NCBI GenBank assembly: GCA_043806735.1
Contig: JAZDGR010000178.1
Span: 2,634 to 66,633 of the forward strand
DNA from: a bacterium
Lineage (GTDB): Bacteria; Bacteroidota; Bacteroidia; Bacteroidales; FEN-979
Direction: 5' to 3'
DNA length: 64,000 bases
Within the stretch, counting starts at the first letter, position 1. Every line of letters starts with the position of its first letter. The notes beneath the pieces are model-generated. The model was given only the letters and a program-made list of their open reading frames with translations. It ran no database searches and was not told the DNA's origin. This document shows positions 11,748 through 20,638 of this stretch, one piece after another. The translations under genes and the position numbers were made by a program.

Positions 11748-12728
11748 ATGAAGATCGCAGTTACCGGCGCTAACGGGCATGTTGGTGCAAATCTTTGCAG
11801 GGCTCTCGTAAAAAGCGGACATCAGGTAACAGCGCTGACGCATAATCGCACCTCTGCCATTCGCGATCTCCCAATTGAAATGATTAAGGGGGATTTACTC
11901 AACCAGGAATCTTTGCGGAAATTTCTAGCTGGTCAGGAGATTTGCTATCACCTGGCTGCGTTTATCTCCATCAAAGGAGATCCTCATGGAATGGTCTGGA
12001 AAATCAATGTGGATGGGACCCGTAATCTCATTGATACCGCACGCGAATCAGGGATTACAAGATTCATCCATTTCAGCAGTATTCATGCGTTTAACCAACA
12101 TCCGGTGGATTTGCCATTGGATGAGAACCGACCCTTGGTAACCACTGAGGGTTTTGCTTATGACAGGTCAAAAGCTGAAGGGGAACGGATCGTGAAAGCT
12201 GCTTCTTCTGACGGATTTGATGCGCTGATTTTAAGTCCGACCGCTATCATCGGTCCGGTTGACCCGGAACCTTCCCTGACCGGCAAGGCCCTGTTGGAAC
12301 TCTATAACAGACAGATTCCTGCACTGGTTCCCGGTGGATATAACTGGGTTGACGTCAGAGATATCGTTGCAGCAGCAATCAATGCTGTTACCTTGGGACG
12401 CAAAGGCGAGAAATATCTTCTTTCTGGAAAATGGTACAGTTTGCTTGATCTTTCACGGATGGTGGCTCACATAACCGGGAAGCAAACCCCTCAGGCAGTC
12501 ATGCCTATGTGGCTGGCACGAATTGGATTACCTTTTATAACACTCTTTAGCCGGATTACAGGGGCAGAACCCTTATACACAGCAGAATCCCTCCAAATTG
12601 TAGCGGAGGGAAACCGGCAGATAATGAATGAGAAAGCCAGGCGGGAACTCAATTTTCATCCCCGTGATCTGGAGACTACTATCAGGGACGCTTTTACCTG
12701 GTTCAAAGAGAATAACTATATTCAATAA
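11748..12728 (+). CDS. NAD(P)-dependent epimerase/dehydratase family oxidoreductase (extended SDR; 3-beta-HSD / dihydroflavonol-reductase-like)
   Basis: Starts at ATG 11748 (MKIAVTGANGHVGANL, a Rossmann GxxGxxG motif). It has the YDRSK catalytic YxxxK. The ORF-track start at 11574 overlaps the upstream gene. Confidence 0.85.
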   Translation: MKIAVTGANGHVGANLCRALVKSGHQVTALTHNRTSAIRDLPIEMIKGDLLNQESLRKFLAGQEICYHLAAFISIKGDPHGMVWKINVDGTRNLIDTARESGITRFIHFSSIHAFNQHPVDLPLDENRPLVTTEGFAYDRSKAEGERIVKAASSDGFDALILSPTAIIGPVDPEPSLTGKALLELYNRQIPALVPGGYNWVDVRDIVAAAINAVTLGRKGEKYLLSGKWYSLLDLSRMVAHITGKQTPQAVMPMWLARIGLPFITLFSRITGAEPLYTAESLQIVAEGNRQIMNEKARRELNFHPRDLETTIRDAFTWFKENNYIQ

Positions 12729-12740
12729 AACCTTAAACGG

Positions 12741-13499
12741 ATGAAGGATTCCACATTTTACTTTCTGGTCTATGTGGGGATTGCGATTGCCCTGGTGATT
12801 TTTCCTTTCGTGTTGCGGATTGTCGCACCATATGGTCGTCACACTACTAGGAAGTGGGGCGTTCTGATTAACAACCGGGTCGGCTGGATCATCATGGAAT
12901 CCCCTGCGCTGCTTGTTTTCTCCGGGTTTTTCCTGTTTGGGTCGGAGAAACATAATCTGGTTACCTGGCTTTTCTTCGGTTTATGGGTTTTCCATTATAT
13001 AAACCGGACGCTGATCTTTCCTTTTCGTTTACGGACAAAGGGAAAGCAGATGCCACTTGCGATTGTTTTCTTGGCATTGGGATTCAATTTTGTAAATGGA
13101 TTTATCAACGGTTACTATCTGGGGTCGCTTGCTACCATGTATTCCCTCTCCTGGCTTACCGATCCCAGGTTTATCTGTGGAATTATTATGTTTCTTGGGG
13201 GGATGTTAATCAACTGGCAATCGGATGATATCCTGATCCATCTTCGAAAACCAGGAGAGACAGGGTACTTGATCCCTCAGCAGGGCTTTTTCCGTTTTGT
13301 GTCATGTCCGAATCATTTTGGCGAGATAGTTGAGTGGTTTGGCTTTGCCATGATGACCTGGAGCACGCCTGCCCTGGCATTTGCAATATGGACGCTTGTA
13401 AACCTTATGCCTCGAGCCATTCATCATCACAGATGGTATAAAGCGACCTTTTCCGATTATCCGGAGAAGCGCAAAGCTCTTATTCCATACCTATTATAA
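12741..13499 (+). CDS. 3-oxo-5-alpha-steroid 4-dehydrogenase (steroid 5-alpha-reductase) family membrane protein
   Basis: Multi-TM protein. The C-terminal motif FVSCPNHFGEIVEWFGFAM...HRWYKATFSDYPEKRKALIPYLL is characteristic of the Steroid_dh family. Confidence 0.8.
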   Translation: MKDSTFYFLVYVGIAIALVIFPFVLRIVAPYGRHTTRKWGVLINNRVGWIIMESPALLVFSGFFLFGSEKHNLVTWLFFGLWVFHYINRTLIFPFRLRTKGKQMPLAIVFLALGFNFVNGFINGYYLGSLATMYSLSWLTDPRFICGIIMFLGGMLINWQSDDILIHLRKPGETGYLIPQQGFFRFVSCPNHFGEIVEWFGFAMMTWSTPALAFAIWTLVNLMPRAIHHHRWYKATFSDYPEKRKALIPYLL

Positions 13500-13592
13500 A
13501 GCCTGATTTTTCCCCTATTCAGTGCAATAATTTTTCGGATTTCCCGTATGTTTGTATTCAGCGGAGATTTCCAGAATCATTTAAAATCAGAT

Positions 13593-14498
13593 ATGAACAA
13601 AGCAAATTTTTTATTTATCATGTTAGCCGTAACTGGCATTATCTTTTTTTCTTCCTGCGCAAAAAGTGATGACAACCAAGGACCAACTGACAAAAACCCA
13701 ATCCTGAACTTTACAGCAGGAGCCGGATATGTTTCCGGGAATATAACTCTCAATACCGGAGAGCAGTTCAAAGTCGGCATCAATGCATTTGCCAATGCAA
13801 ATACCGTGGCAAAACTGATCAGTCTTACCATCACACGGGTATTCAATAACAAACCCGATATTGTACTTGATTCGACAATGAATACCAGTAGCTTTACCTT
13901 TGATTTCTTTGGTATAGCCAACGGCGAAGTCGGACAGGAGAACTGGATATTTGTCATCAAGGATAAAGACAGTTTAACAACGGAAAAGAGCTTTCTAATC
14001 ACGACACAAAGTACTGTCGGACCTATTACAAATTATACGCAGAAAATTCTGGGCGCTCAGCAAAACAGTATTGGAGGTTTCTTCGCCTCCAGCGATGGTA
14101 CCATCTATTCGCTCGCAGATGCTAAAGTGAATGCATCAAAGATTGACTGGATGTATTTCTTTGATTTTACCAACCAGGCTACCTTGGCCGCTCCTGATGA
14201 TCCGGATGCGGCAACGGTTTTTACAGATCCTACAAATGGGCTCCAGACATGGTCCGTTAAAAATGCCACCAGATTTAAAAAAGTAACCGATCCGGTTGAT
14301 TGGAATGCGATTGTTGATGATAGTGAGATCATTTTATTGACGCAGTCGGGTGTCATTGAATCGAAGGGGAATCAACTTGCCATTGGGGATATTTTGGCTT
14401 TTATTACAACTGCCGGGGAAAAGGGATTGATAAAAATCGTTGCCATTGTTGGCGAAGATGATGGAACCATTGAAATATCAGTGAAAGTCCAGGAATAG
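13593..14498 (+). CDS. lipoprotein of unknown function
   Basis: Internal ATG 13593 gives MNKANFLFIMLAVTGIIFFSSC, a lipoprotein signal with Cys. The remainder is beta-rich. Confidence 0.65.
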   Translation: MNKANFLFIMLAVTGIIFFSSCAKSDDNQGPTDKNPILNFTAGAGYVSGNITLNTGEQFKVGINAFANANTVAKLISLTITRVFNNKPDIVLDSTMNTSSFTFDFFGIANGEVGQENWIFVIKDKDSLTTEKSFLITTQSTVGPITNYTQKILGAQQNSIGGFFASSDGTIYSLADAKVNASKIDWMYFFDFTNQATLAAPDDPDAATVFTDPTNGLQTWSVKNATRFKKVTDPVDWNAIVDDSEIILLTQSGVIESKGNQLAIGDILAFITTAGEKGLIKIVAIVGEDDGTIEISVKVQE

Positions 14499-14515
14499 TT
14501 TTCAATGTAACACAG

Positions 14516-14550
14516 AAAAAGGGCAATGATTATCACATTGCCCTTTTTTC
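14516..14550 (+). terminator. rho-independent-type terminator
   Basis: GGGCAATG (14521-14528) pairs with CATTGCCC (14536-14543) and is followed by TTTTTTC. It lies 20 nt after the stop of the lipoprotein gene. Confidence 0.75.
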
Positions 14551-14559
14551 TTGAATACT

Positions 14560-14885
14560 TTCTTAAAGCCGGGATGGGAACTCTGTCTGGCCGACAGAAT
14601 TCCCATCCTGCATCCCGACGACCGTGATCGCCTGGAGAGTCAAGCTACGGTTATTGAAGCTGGTGAAATCTCCGGGTTACCCCTTCCCTCTCATCCCTGA
14701 TTCCTCCTTAGCTACCCAAAAGTAACTTTGCTGGATACACCGTTAATTATGAAACCTGAGAATCTAGTGAATCTTGCGGATCCACTTTTGTCCAGGCTTG
14801 GGCCGAGAGTGCGGTCCCCTTGCGGTTCCTGCTTTCACCAACCCAAATTTTCAACGGGCCTTTTATCCCTTGCTTGAGAAACCAA
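14560..14885 (-). other. ORF-free, non-AT-rich segment; candidate structured RNA or decayed gene relic
   Basis: No ORF of 60 aa or more in any frame across 14499-15040. The base composition resembles coding DNA and differs from the AT-rich spacer at 14886-15055. There is a long imperfect hairpin at 14571-14608 and two CCGCAAG (GNRA-type loop) motifs on the minus strand. A TATATTTG (Bacteroidota -7 type TAnnTTTG) box lies on the minus strand at 14883-14890. Confidence 0.25.
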
Positions 14886-15055
14886 ATATACACAAGTGAG
14901 GAAGTGATTGTCAATTATTTTAAAAAAAATGTATTCACACAAAATACACAGCGAGTATCAACAAAATGTTAATAAATCAGGATAAATAAAGCTTTGGAAA
15001 ATAGAAAGATAGAAATTAAAAAAATGGAGGTGTTAATAATTTGTTAATAACATGT

Positions 15056-15331
15056 TCATTTCTCGATCGAGACCGTCAGTCCACGGGTACTCATTTCATG
15101 ATGCATTGGTTTAAGCTCCAAGAAATCGCCGGATCTTACCGGGCACTTCCCTTTGTAGTGAGCAATCCAGGCGCATTGTTCTGCCTGCATCGAATCATGT
15201 TGGCACACCTCAACAAGCGTTTCGATAACAAAGTCAAAGGAGTTAACTTCATCGTTGTACAGGATCAGTTGATTGGGCTCTCTTACCTGATCATCTTGAT
15301 GTTCAACTGGTTTGACTTTTTCTCTGACCAT
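15056..15331 (-). CDS. clpS: ATP-dependent Clp protease adaptor ClpS
   Basis: LILYNDEVNSFDFVIETLVEVCQHDSMQAEQCAWIAHYKGKCPV is a typical ClpS core. The start at M22 (15331) is preferred, and the ORF-track start at 15394 is also possible. Confidence 0.85.
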   Translation of the reverse strand: MVREKVKPVEHQDDQVREPNQLILYNDEVNSFDFVIETLVEVCQHDSMQAEQCAWIAHYKGKCPVRSGDFLELKPMHHEMSTRGLTVSIEK

Positions 15332-15406
15332 TTTAAAAGATTCTGTCTGGCAATGATACAAATTTTTCAGGATCAAATCGTATTTTTGGCTCACTATTTT
15401 GAATCT

Positions 15407-16042
15407 ATGGAATTTAACGCCTTTATCGAGAATGTAAGTAGTGCTCTTACACGGCCTTTACCAGGTCGGAGTTCCCAGCTGAAAATGTCGTCCATGAGGC
15501 GGATACTTGAATTGGCAGGATCAATAAATCCAGTAAATCCCACATATAGTAGTGTACTGATCCTATTATATCCTTTTGAAGGTGATATATTTACAGTGTT
15601 CATGAAACGTCCTGATTATGGTGGGGTTCATTCCGGCCAGATCAGTTTACCCGGCGGCAAATATGAACCCGCAGACGGAGACCTTAAAACTACTGCGTTA
15701 AGAGAATCTCAGGAAGAGATTGGGATTTTTCCAAAAGATGTCAGAATAATCGGAAAGCTTACGGATCTGTACATCCCTCCAAGTCGATACCTGGTTACAC
15801 CATATGTAGGATGGGCTCCCCAACGACCAGCTTTCGTCAGGGACCCAAAGGAAGTTGATGAGATTATCGAAATCAGAATCAACGTACTCTTTAAGGATGA
15901 AACAATTTCAGTCAGAAAAATAAAGCTTCCTTTAGGCATGCACATCAAAGCCCCTGCATTTGTAGTAAACAAACAGGTAATCTGGGGGGCTACAGCAATG
16001 ATTCTGAGTGAATTTTGGGATGTGATTCGGGGCTTACTCTGA
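15407..16042 (+). CDS. NUDIX hydrolase (CoA pyrophosphatase-like)
   Basis: Nudix box GGKYEPADGDLKTTALRESQEEIGI. Starts at ATG 15407. The upstream part of ORF 15041..16042 overlaps clpS on the opposite strand and is judged spurious. Confidence 0.85.
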   Translation: MEFNAFIENVSSALTRPLPGRSSQLKMSSMRRILELAGSINPVNPTYSSVLILLYPFEGDIFTVFMKRPDYGGVHSGQISLPGGKYEPADGDLKTTALRESQEEIGIFPKDVRIIGKLTDLYIPPSRYLVTPYVGWAPQRPAFVRDPKEVDEIIEIRINVLFKDETISVRKIKLPLGMHIKAPAFVVNKQVIWGATAMILSEFWDVIRGLL

Positions 16043-16471
16043 GTTTTTCAAGCGGATCTCATGTGTGATTTTACAGGAATTTTTAAGCATTGCATTGACC
16101 CCGCAATAATTCTCGCTTGATAGTTCTACTGCGCGCTTTATTTTTTCCAGAACAGTCTGGTTCTCTTCAAAATTAGTTCCGGAAACTTCGAAAATGATAT
16201 GAACTTTGTGGTAATACTTCGGATGATTTTCCGACAACTCTCAATTTATGATGATTTTCAGGCCGGCAAATTCCACCCTTTTTTTTGTTAAGATAGAAAC
16301 TACATCCATGCCTGTACATCCTGCCAAAGAGCTAAGTACCATTGGTTTAGGTCGCGGGCCAAACCCCGTTCCACCATGCTGCGGGGATGTATCCATTTTC
16401 ACATGGAATCCATCAATATTCGCTTCAAAGGCCAAATGTCCCATCCATCTGGTTTCAACCACTTCAATCAT
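16034..16471 (-). pseudogene. OsmC-family peroxiredoxin-like protein interrupted by an in-frame TGA
   Basis: ORFs 16241..16471 and 16034..16237 are in the same frame and separated only by TGA at 16241-16243 (..LKIIIN*ELSENHPKYYHKVHIIF..). Together they make about 144 aa with the LAGCTGMD and ENYCGVNAML Cys motifs of OsmC. Confidence 0.75.
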
Positions 16472-16480
16472 AGAGAAAAT

Positions 16481-17623
16481 TTAATTTATACTTTTCCGGT
16501 TTTGTTGCCGACCGAAGCAGAATGATCCAGGAATCCTTCCCGTCTGCCAGGAATTGATCCGGGCTCCGGAAGAAGAAGAGAATACATACGCTTTCCCATC
16601 CTGAACATAATCGATGGCATCTGTTGTATATACAGAGCCATCAACCGGGTGGATAGCTAAACCATAAAAAAGTCTTCCATCCGAAGGTATAAATGGCTGG
16701 GAAGGAAGAGCAGAAGAGGTCACAGCCATCTGGAAAATTCCGTTTTTCAAGAAATAAAGGGTATCTCCCGAAGGATTAATTGATAGCTTGCTGGGAATCT
16801 CTACTGTCCCACCAAATGGAAATGCTTTTTCTACTTCACGAAGGTCTGGGTTAACCCTGATCAGGACTGGAGGTTCATACCCATCCCAACCACCAGAACA
16901 CAAAATCCATAATTTCAGTTTCTTATCGATGACAATCCCCATAGGTTCCTTCCCGGTTTGGATACTATCAACGATTTTATCTTCCTTGGTGTTAATGATC
17001 ATCAATTTCGCCTTTCTCTTGGAATTTGGTTCATTGAAGGAGCCCATGCAAGTCACGAACATGTATTGCTGGTATTTGACCATCCCTTCCGTCCATTCAG
17101 GGGTTTTAATGGTATTGATCACAGTGAGGGTGTTCAAATCTACCACGGAAATATCTTTGTGAAGGTTTGTCACATATGCTTTATTGGAATCAACAAACTC
17201 GATATATCGAGGGGAATTGAAACCTTCGATGCTTTTTATGGACTTGAAATCTTCCAGATTAACTACTTCCACTCTATTGGAGTTGTTAACAACAATGAAT
17301 GCCTTGTCCATGAATATCTTCATCGATTGGGCAACATCCCCAAGCGGACGATTATTCGCCAATTGATAGATATCCTGTTCTACAAACCCTGTTTTGGAGT
17401 TGACGAATGTAACGGACGCGTTTCCCCAATTAAAATTGCCTTCGTTGACAATAAAAAAGCCGTCCCGGTAAGTACTGGTATCCCCGGGAGGTGGAGGATC
17501 AGGTGGTTCTTTTTGTTCCCGTATAGGATCTTTTGAACAGGCAAAAAGAATGAATGAAATAAGCAGAATGGAAGAATAGAGAACGATTGAAAAAATTCTG
17601 TTGCGGTAAGGAGAATCATTCAC
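16481..17623 (-). CDS. YncE-like beta-propeller surface lipoprotein
   Basis: Lipoprotein signal (SFILFAC), a Pro-rich linker, then repeated propeller-like blades (FIVNEGNF.., YVTNL.., VVDL..). It lies immediately downstream of a TonB-dependent receptor. Confidence 0.6.
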   Translation of the reverse strand: MNDSPYRNRIFSIVLYSSILLISFILFACSKDPIREQKEPPDPPPPGDTSTYRDGFFIVNEGNFNWGNASVTFVNSKTGFVEQDIYQLANNRPLGDVAQSMKIFMDKAFIVVNNSNRVEVVNLEDFKSIKSIEGFNSPRYIEFVDSNKAYVTNLHKDISVVDLNTLTVINTIKTPEWTEGMVKYQQYMFVTCMGSFNEPNSKRKAKLMIINTKEDKIVDSIQTGKEPMGIVIDKKLKLWILCSGGWDGYEPPVLIRVNPDLREVEKAFPFGGTVEIPSKLSINPSGDTLYFLKNGIFQMAVTSSALPSQPFIPSDGRLFYGLAIHPVDGSVYTTDAIDYVQDGKAYVFSSSSGARINSWQTGRIPGSFCFGRQQNRKSIN

Positions 17624-17644
17624 AGACGCCTGTTTAATAACTAT

Positions 17645-19589
17645 TCATTGACCTGATTTACTAGTAAAATTGCCTCTGATCGTGAATACATAATTTCTTC
17701 CCGGCATTGGACGATTGGCAATAGATTGGTAATCCAGGTCAAATATATTGTTTATTTCGAGTTGTAAAGATAGGATAAATTTATTCAATTGTATTTTTTT
17801 CCCCAAAAAAGATATTCGACATGTTATAACCAGGCATGTAAGTCAGGTTATCCTTTCCGGTATACCTTCTGCTGATGTAGTTGAAAATATAAGAAAAATA
17901 GAAGTTATTCCTTGAAAACCTAACGGATGCATTTGCTGTATTACGGGGAGTATATATCAGTTGTTTCCCAATAGATGCATCATCGGGGGTGAACTGTTTT
18001 TCATAAGTTGATTTGCAATAATTGTAGGTGAAATTCAGGTCAATTGAACTTTTCCCAATAAGAATATTTGAATTGATCCCCGATTCTATTCCTCTTGAAA
18101 GGACTTCACTTATATTCTCCGGGATCCATATAGAGCTGCTGGTAGAGGAAGGAGACCAAACGATCATGTCTTTCAGAAAGATATAGTAACCGGTAATTTC
18201 CGCTTCAATGAAGAAAGTTTTGCCGTGGTTCAGCCAGTTCCAGGTAATATCCCCTTCGGCGCTGTAACTGATCTCCGGAAGAAGGTTTGGATTTCCCCAT
18301 GTATCCCAGTAAAGATCATTCAAAGAGGGGTACCTGTAATTCCGTGAAATGTTCCCGGAAAAGGAAACGTTGGTTTTTGCAAAGGGTTTGTATTCAACTC
18401 CAATGGCAGGAATAAATGGCATGAGGAGTCCATCTACAACTTCTTCCCTGGCGATGCATGACAGTGTAATTTTCTTTGATGGAGTAAAAATAATTTCCGC
18501 GAAACCTGCCAGGACAGATCTTCTTTTCTGACTGGAATAGGCATCGGAATTGACCCAATCGTAGGTATAATCGATGCCCGGTTTAATAAGCAGATTCGAA
18601 AATCCATTGTAGGTAATTCTGAACTGGTTGAGAAATGAATTATACTGATGCTCTGCATTAATCAGGCTGTCATCAATGTATTGCATATATGCATCAACTA
18701 CACCTGATCTCATGGAAATATTGAAAGTCCTGGCAACGTACTTGTACTCCAACACACTTTTCAAAGATTTATCCTTCTGGGTTTCATTGTGTTGAGGATT
18801 AATATTTGTGTTCAACGGAGGGATATCCCGGTAAGAAAAGTTATACCAGATTCTGGCAATGATCATGTGACTATTCCTTACTTTCGCAAACAGATCCTCT
18901 GAAAAACCGTACTGAAGATATGAGCCGTTGATTAGTCGCATCACACTGTCGGCATAGTCGTTATAAAATGGGAAGTCATTTGCTCCTGCTCCGAAGTTTA
19001 ATTTCGTGAGAGATTGAATTTTATTATTCCCAAGGGCAATAGTAAGATCAGTCGATTTACTTTGAAAACTTCCAAATGTTTGGGCAAGGGTGATATTTGC
19101 ACTGTTGGTCCAATCGGGGCTAGAAGTAAGGTTGATTATCCCTCCGAAAGCGCCGCTGGTTCGGGTGATCCCTGCTGCTCCATACAGGATCTCGATGCCG
19201 TCAAACTGTGAGACCGGAACCTGCGAAAGGTCGATCTGGCCCAACATCGGAGAATTTATATTGATCCCGTTCCATTCCACTTGAGTATGATGCGCTGTCG
19301 TTCCCCTGAAAGATGGCGTAGCAAGGTTATTGTTCCCATAGGATTTTACGAAAATGGTAGAATATTGAGAAAGAATGGTACTCAGGTTCGCTTCCATCCT
19401 GGGAATCAGAATGGTAGAGTCCATTCTCACCCGTTTAAATCCAATGTTATTGACCTGAAAACCCGCTTTAATTTCGACCTCTTGTAATCTGACAGTATCG
19501 TTTAATGTCTGGCTAATGGACTGATTACAAATAGCCAATAAAAAAAATAGAACTGGGATCTCCGAACAATGTTTACCGATTCCCCTCAA
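17645..19589 (-). pseudogene. TonB-dependent receptor (BtuB-size), frameshifted near the 3' end
   Basis: Plug motif SFRGTTAHHTQVEWNGININSPMLGQIDLSQVP. The ORF stops at 17781, but the canonical C-terminal strands (LSLQLEINNIFDLDYQSIANRPMPGRNYVFTIRGNF) continue in the +1 frame to a stop at 17645-17647. The shift maps to an A7 run (17794-17800). Confidence 0.8.
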
Positions 19590-19612
19590 TGTATATCCGG
19601 TTTCACAAGAAA

Positions 19613-20608
19613 CTATAATTTAATAACTTTGATGGCTGATGACATGCCATCCTCAAGCGTAAAATTAATAAAATAGATTCCTGCAGGATATTCACTCATG
19701 TCAACATCCAGCGATTTCTGAGAAACCTGATTCCTGATCAAGAGTGTGCCATAGGAATCAAAAAGAGCAAACTTTATAGGGGAGGACATAAGGTTTTGAA
19801 GGTGAAGGGTATGTCGGACAGGATTAGGATAAACAATGACAGGATTGGTATTATCCTGGTCATTAATGGTTATAGCGGATAGGTGAATAATTCCCACAGC
19901 ATCCAGGTCCAATCCACAGGTATTGAATGGAGTTGGCCAGGGATCGTTGATAATATGACCCTGGCTATCAAAAGACTGGTATCCCGGGAGAATACAACCA
20001 CCTACATCGATGATCCGTATTGAAGTAACTGTATTCAAATTGATCCCGGTACTGTCGGTAAGGTCAGACAGATCGAATGGTGTACCAAAAAAGACCCGGT
20101 ATTTCCCTGCAAAATTGTGAATCTTGGTTGCATCAATTGTTCCGAAGGTTGGGACCTGCGGAGATTCAGGTGTCAGAGAGACAGCGGGAAAGCGAACAAA
20201 ATGCTGACCGTCAGAACTCACTTCCACAAACCCAAGCTCCAGAAATGAATTATCGAACGCATTCTCAAACACAGCAAAATCAGGTCCCGGACCATTATAA
20301 ACCTGTCCATTGAGTTGGAGTGTGGCTACTCCCCTATCCCCCAGACTTACCACAAAGTTATCGGGAGGCCCGGTTGCATCTGCAGCCATTCCATAGGATG
20401 CTTTGTTCGAGCCCTGATACATAACCGTAGTATCAACAAAATTCACATATCCTCTTTCCACCGTACATTGAGATGCCCAGTCAATGAATGCGGTACTGTC
20501 CATATACATAGCCGTTGTTCCCGGTTGTCCGGCCGGAGGGGGAAACTGGCCCAGTGTGATTGAGCCAAATGCAACCTGTAAAACAAACAGAATAGATACT
20601 TTTCGCAT
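19613..20608 (-). CDS. secreted protein with T9SS C-terminal sorting domain
   Basis: Signal peptide and a C-terminal domain, VYPNPVRHTLHLQN...GIYFINF...IKVIKL, typical of type A T9SS CTDs. Confidence 0.65.
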   Translation of the reverse strand: MRKVSILFVLQVAFGSITLGQFPPPAGQPGTTAMYMDSTAFIDWASQCTVERGYVNFVDTTVMYQGSNKASYGMAADATGPPDNFVVSLGDRGVATLQLNGQVYNGPGPDFAVFENAFDNSFLELGFVEVSSDGQHFVRFPAVSLTPESPQVPTFGTIDATKIHNFAGKYRVFFGTPFDLSDLTDSTGINLNTVTSIRIIDVGGCILPGYQSFDSQGHIINDPWPTPFNTCGLDLDAVGIIHLSAITINDQDNTNPVIVYPNPVRHTLHLQNLMSSPIKFALFDSYGTLLIRNQVSQKSLDVDMSEYPAGIYFINFTLEDGMSSAIKVIKL

Positions 20609-20638
20609 AAATTCAAGCCAATTTAAAAGAAAAAACCG

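Noticed and set aside
14560-14885. I considered identifying the ORF-free segment as RNase P RNA, tmRNA, SRP RNA or a cobalamin riboswitch.
   Set aside because: Neither strand has the universal GAGGAAAGUCC (RNase P P4). There is no tRNA-like GGUUCGAAUCC..CCA end or tag ORF (tmRNA). There is no AGGUCCGGAAGGAAGCAGC-type domain IV (SRP); a GCAGGAACCGCAAGGGGACC stretch only resembles it in mirrored order. There is no GCCACUG B12 box, and a GGTGAAATCTCC stretch alone is insufficient.
15041-15406. I considered the N-terminal extensions of ORF-track entries 15041..16042, 25488..26657, 11574..12728, 24448..25554, 7752..9023 and 22314..23198.
   Set aside because: The extensions overlap well-supported genes on the other strand or upstream. 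They use TTG/GTG or distant ATG starts and lack homology. Internal ATG starts give canonical N-termini (Rossmann motif, signal peptides, Nudix protein start).
16241-16243. I considered TGA (and the TAA at 43974) as selenocysteine or genetic-code reassignment.
   Set aside because: The same codons terminate many neighbouring well-defined genes, for example TGA for galM and the GH63-like gene, and TAA for aat. The interrupted positions are not catalytic Cys sites, and I saw no obvious SECIS-like hairpin immediately downstream.
17645-19589. I considered the TonB-dependent receptor as the SusC of a polysaccharide utilisation locus.
   Set aside because: It is about 650 aa (BtuB/FepA size, not the roughly 1000-aa SusC). 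There is no SusD-like gene adjacent and no carbohydrate-active enzymes in the locus.
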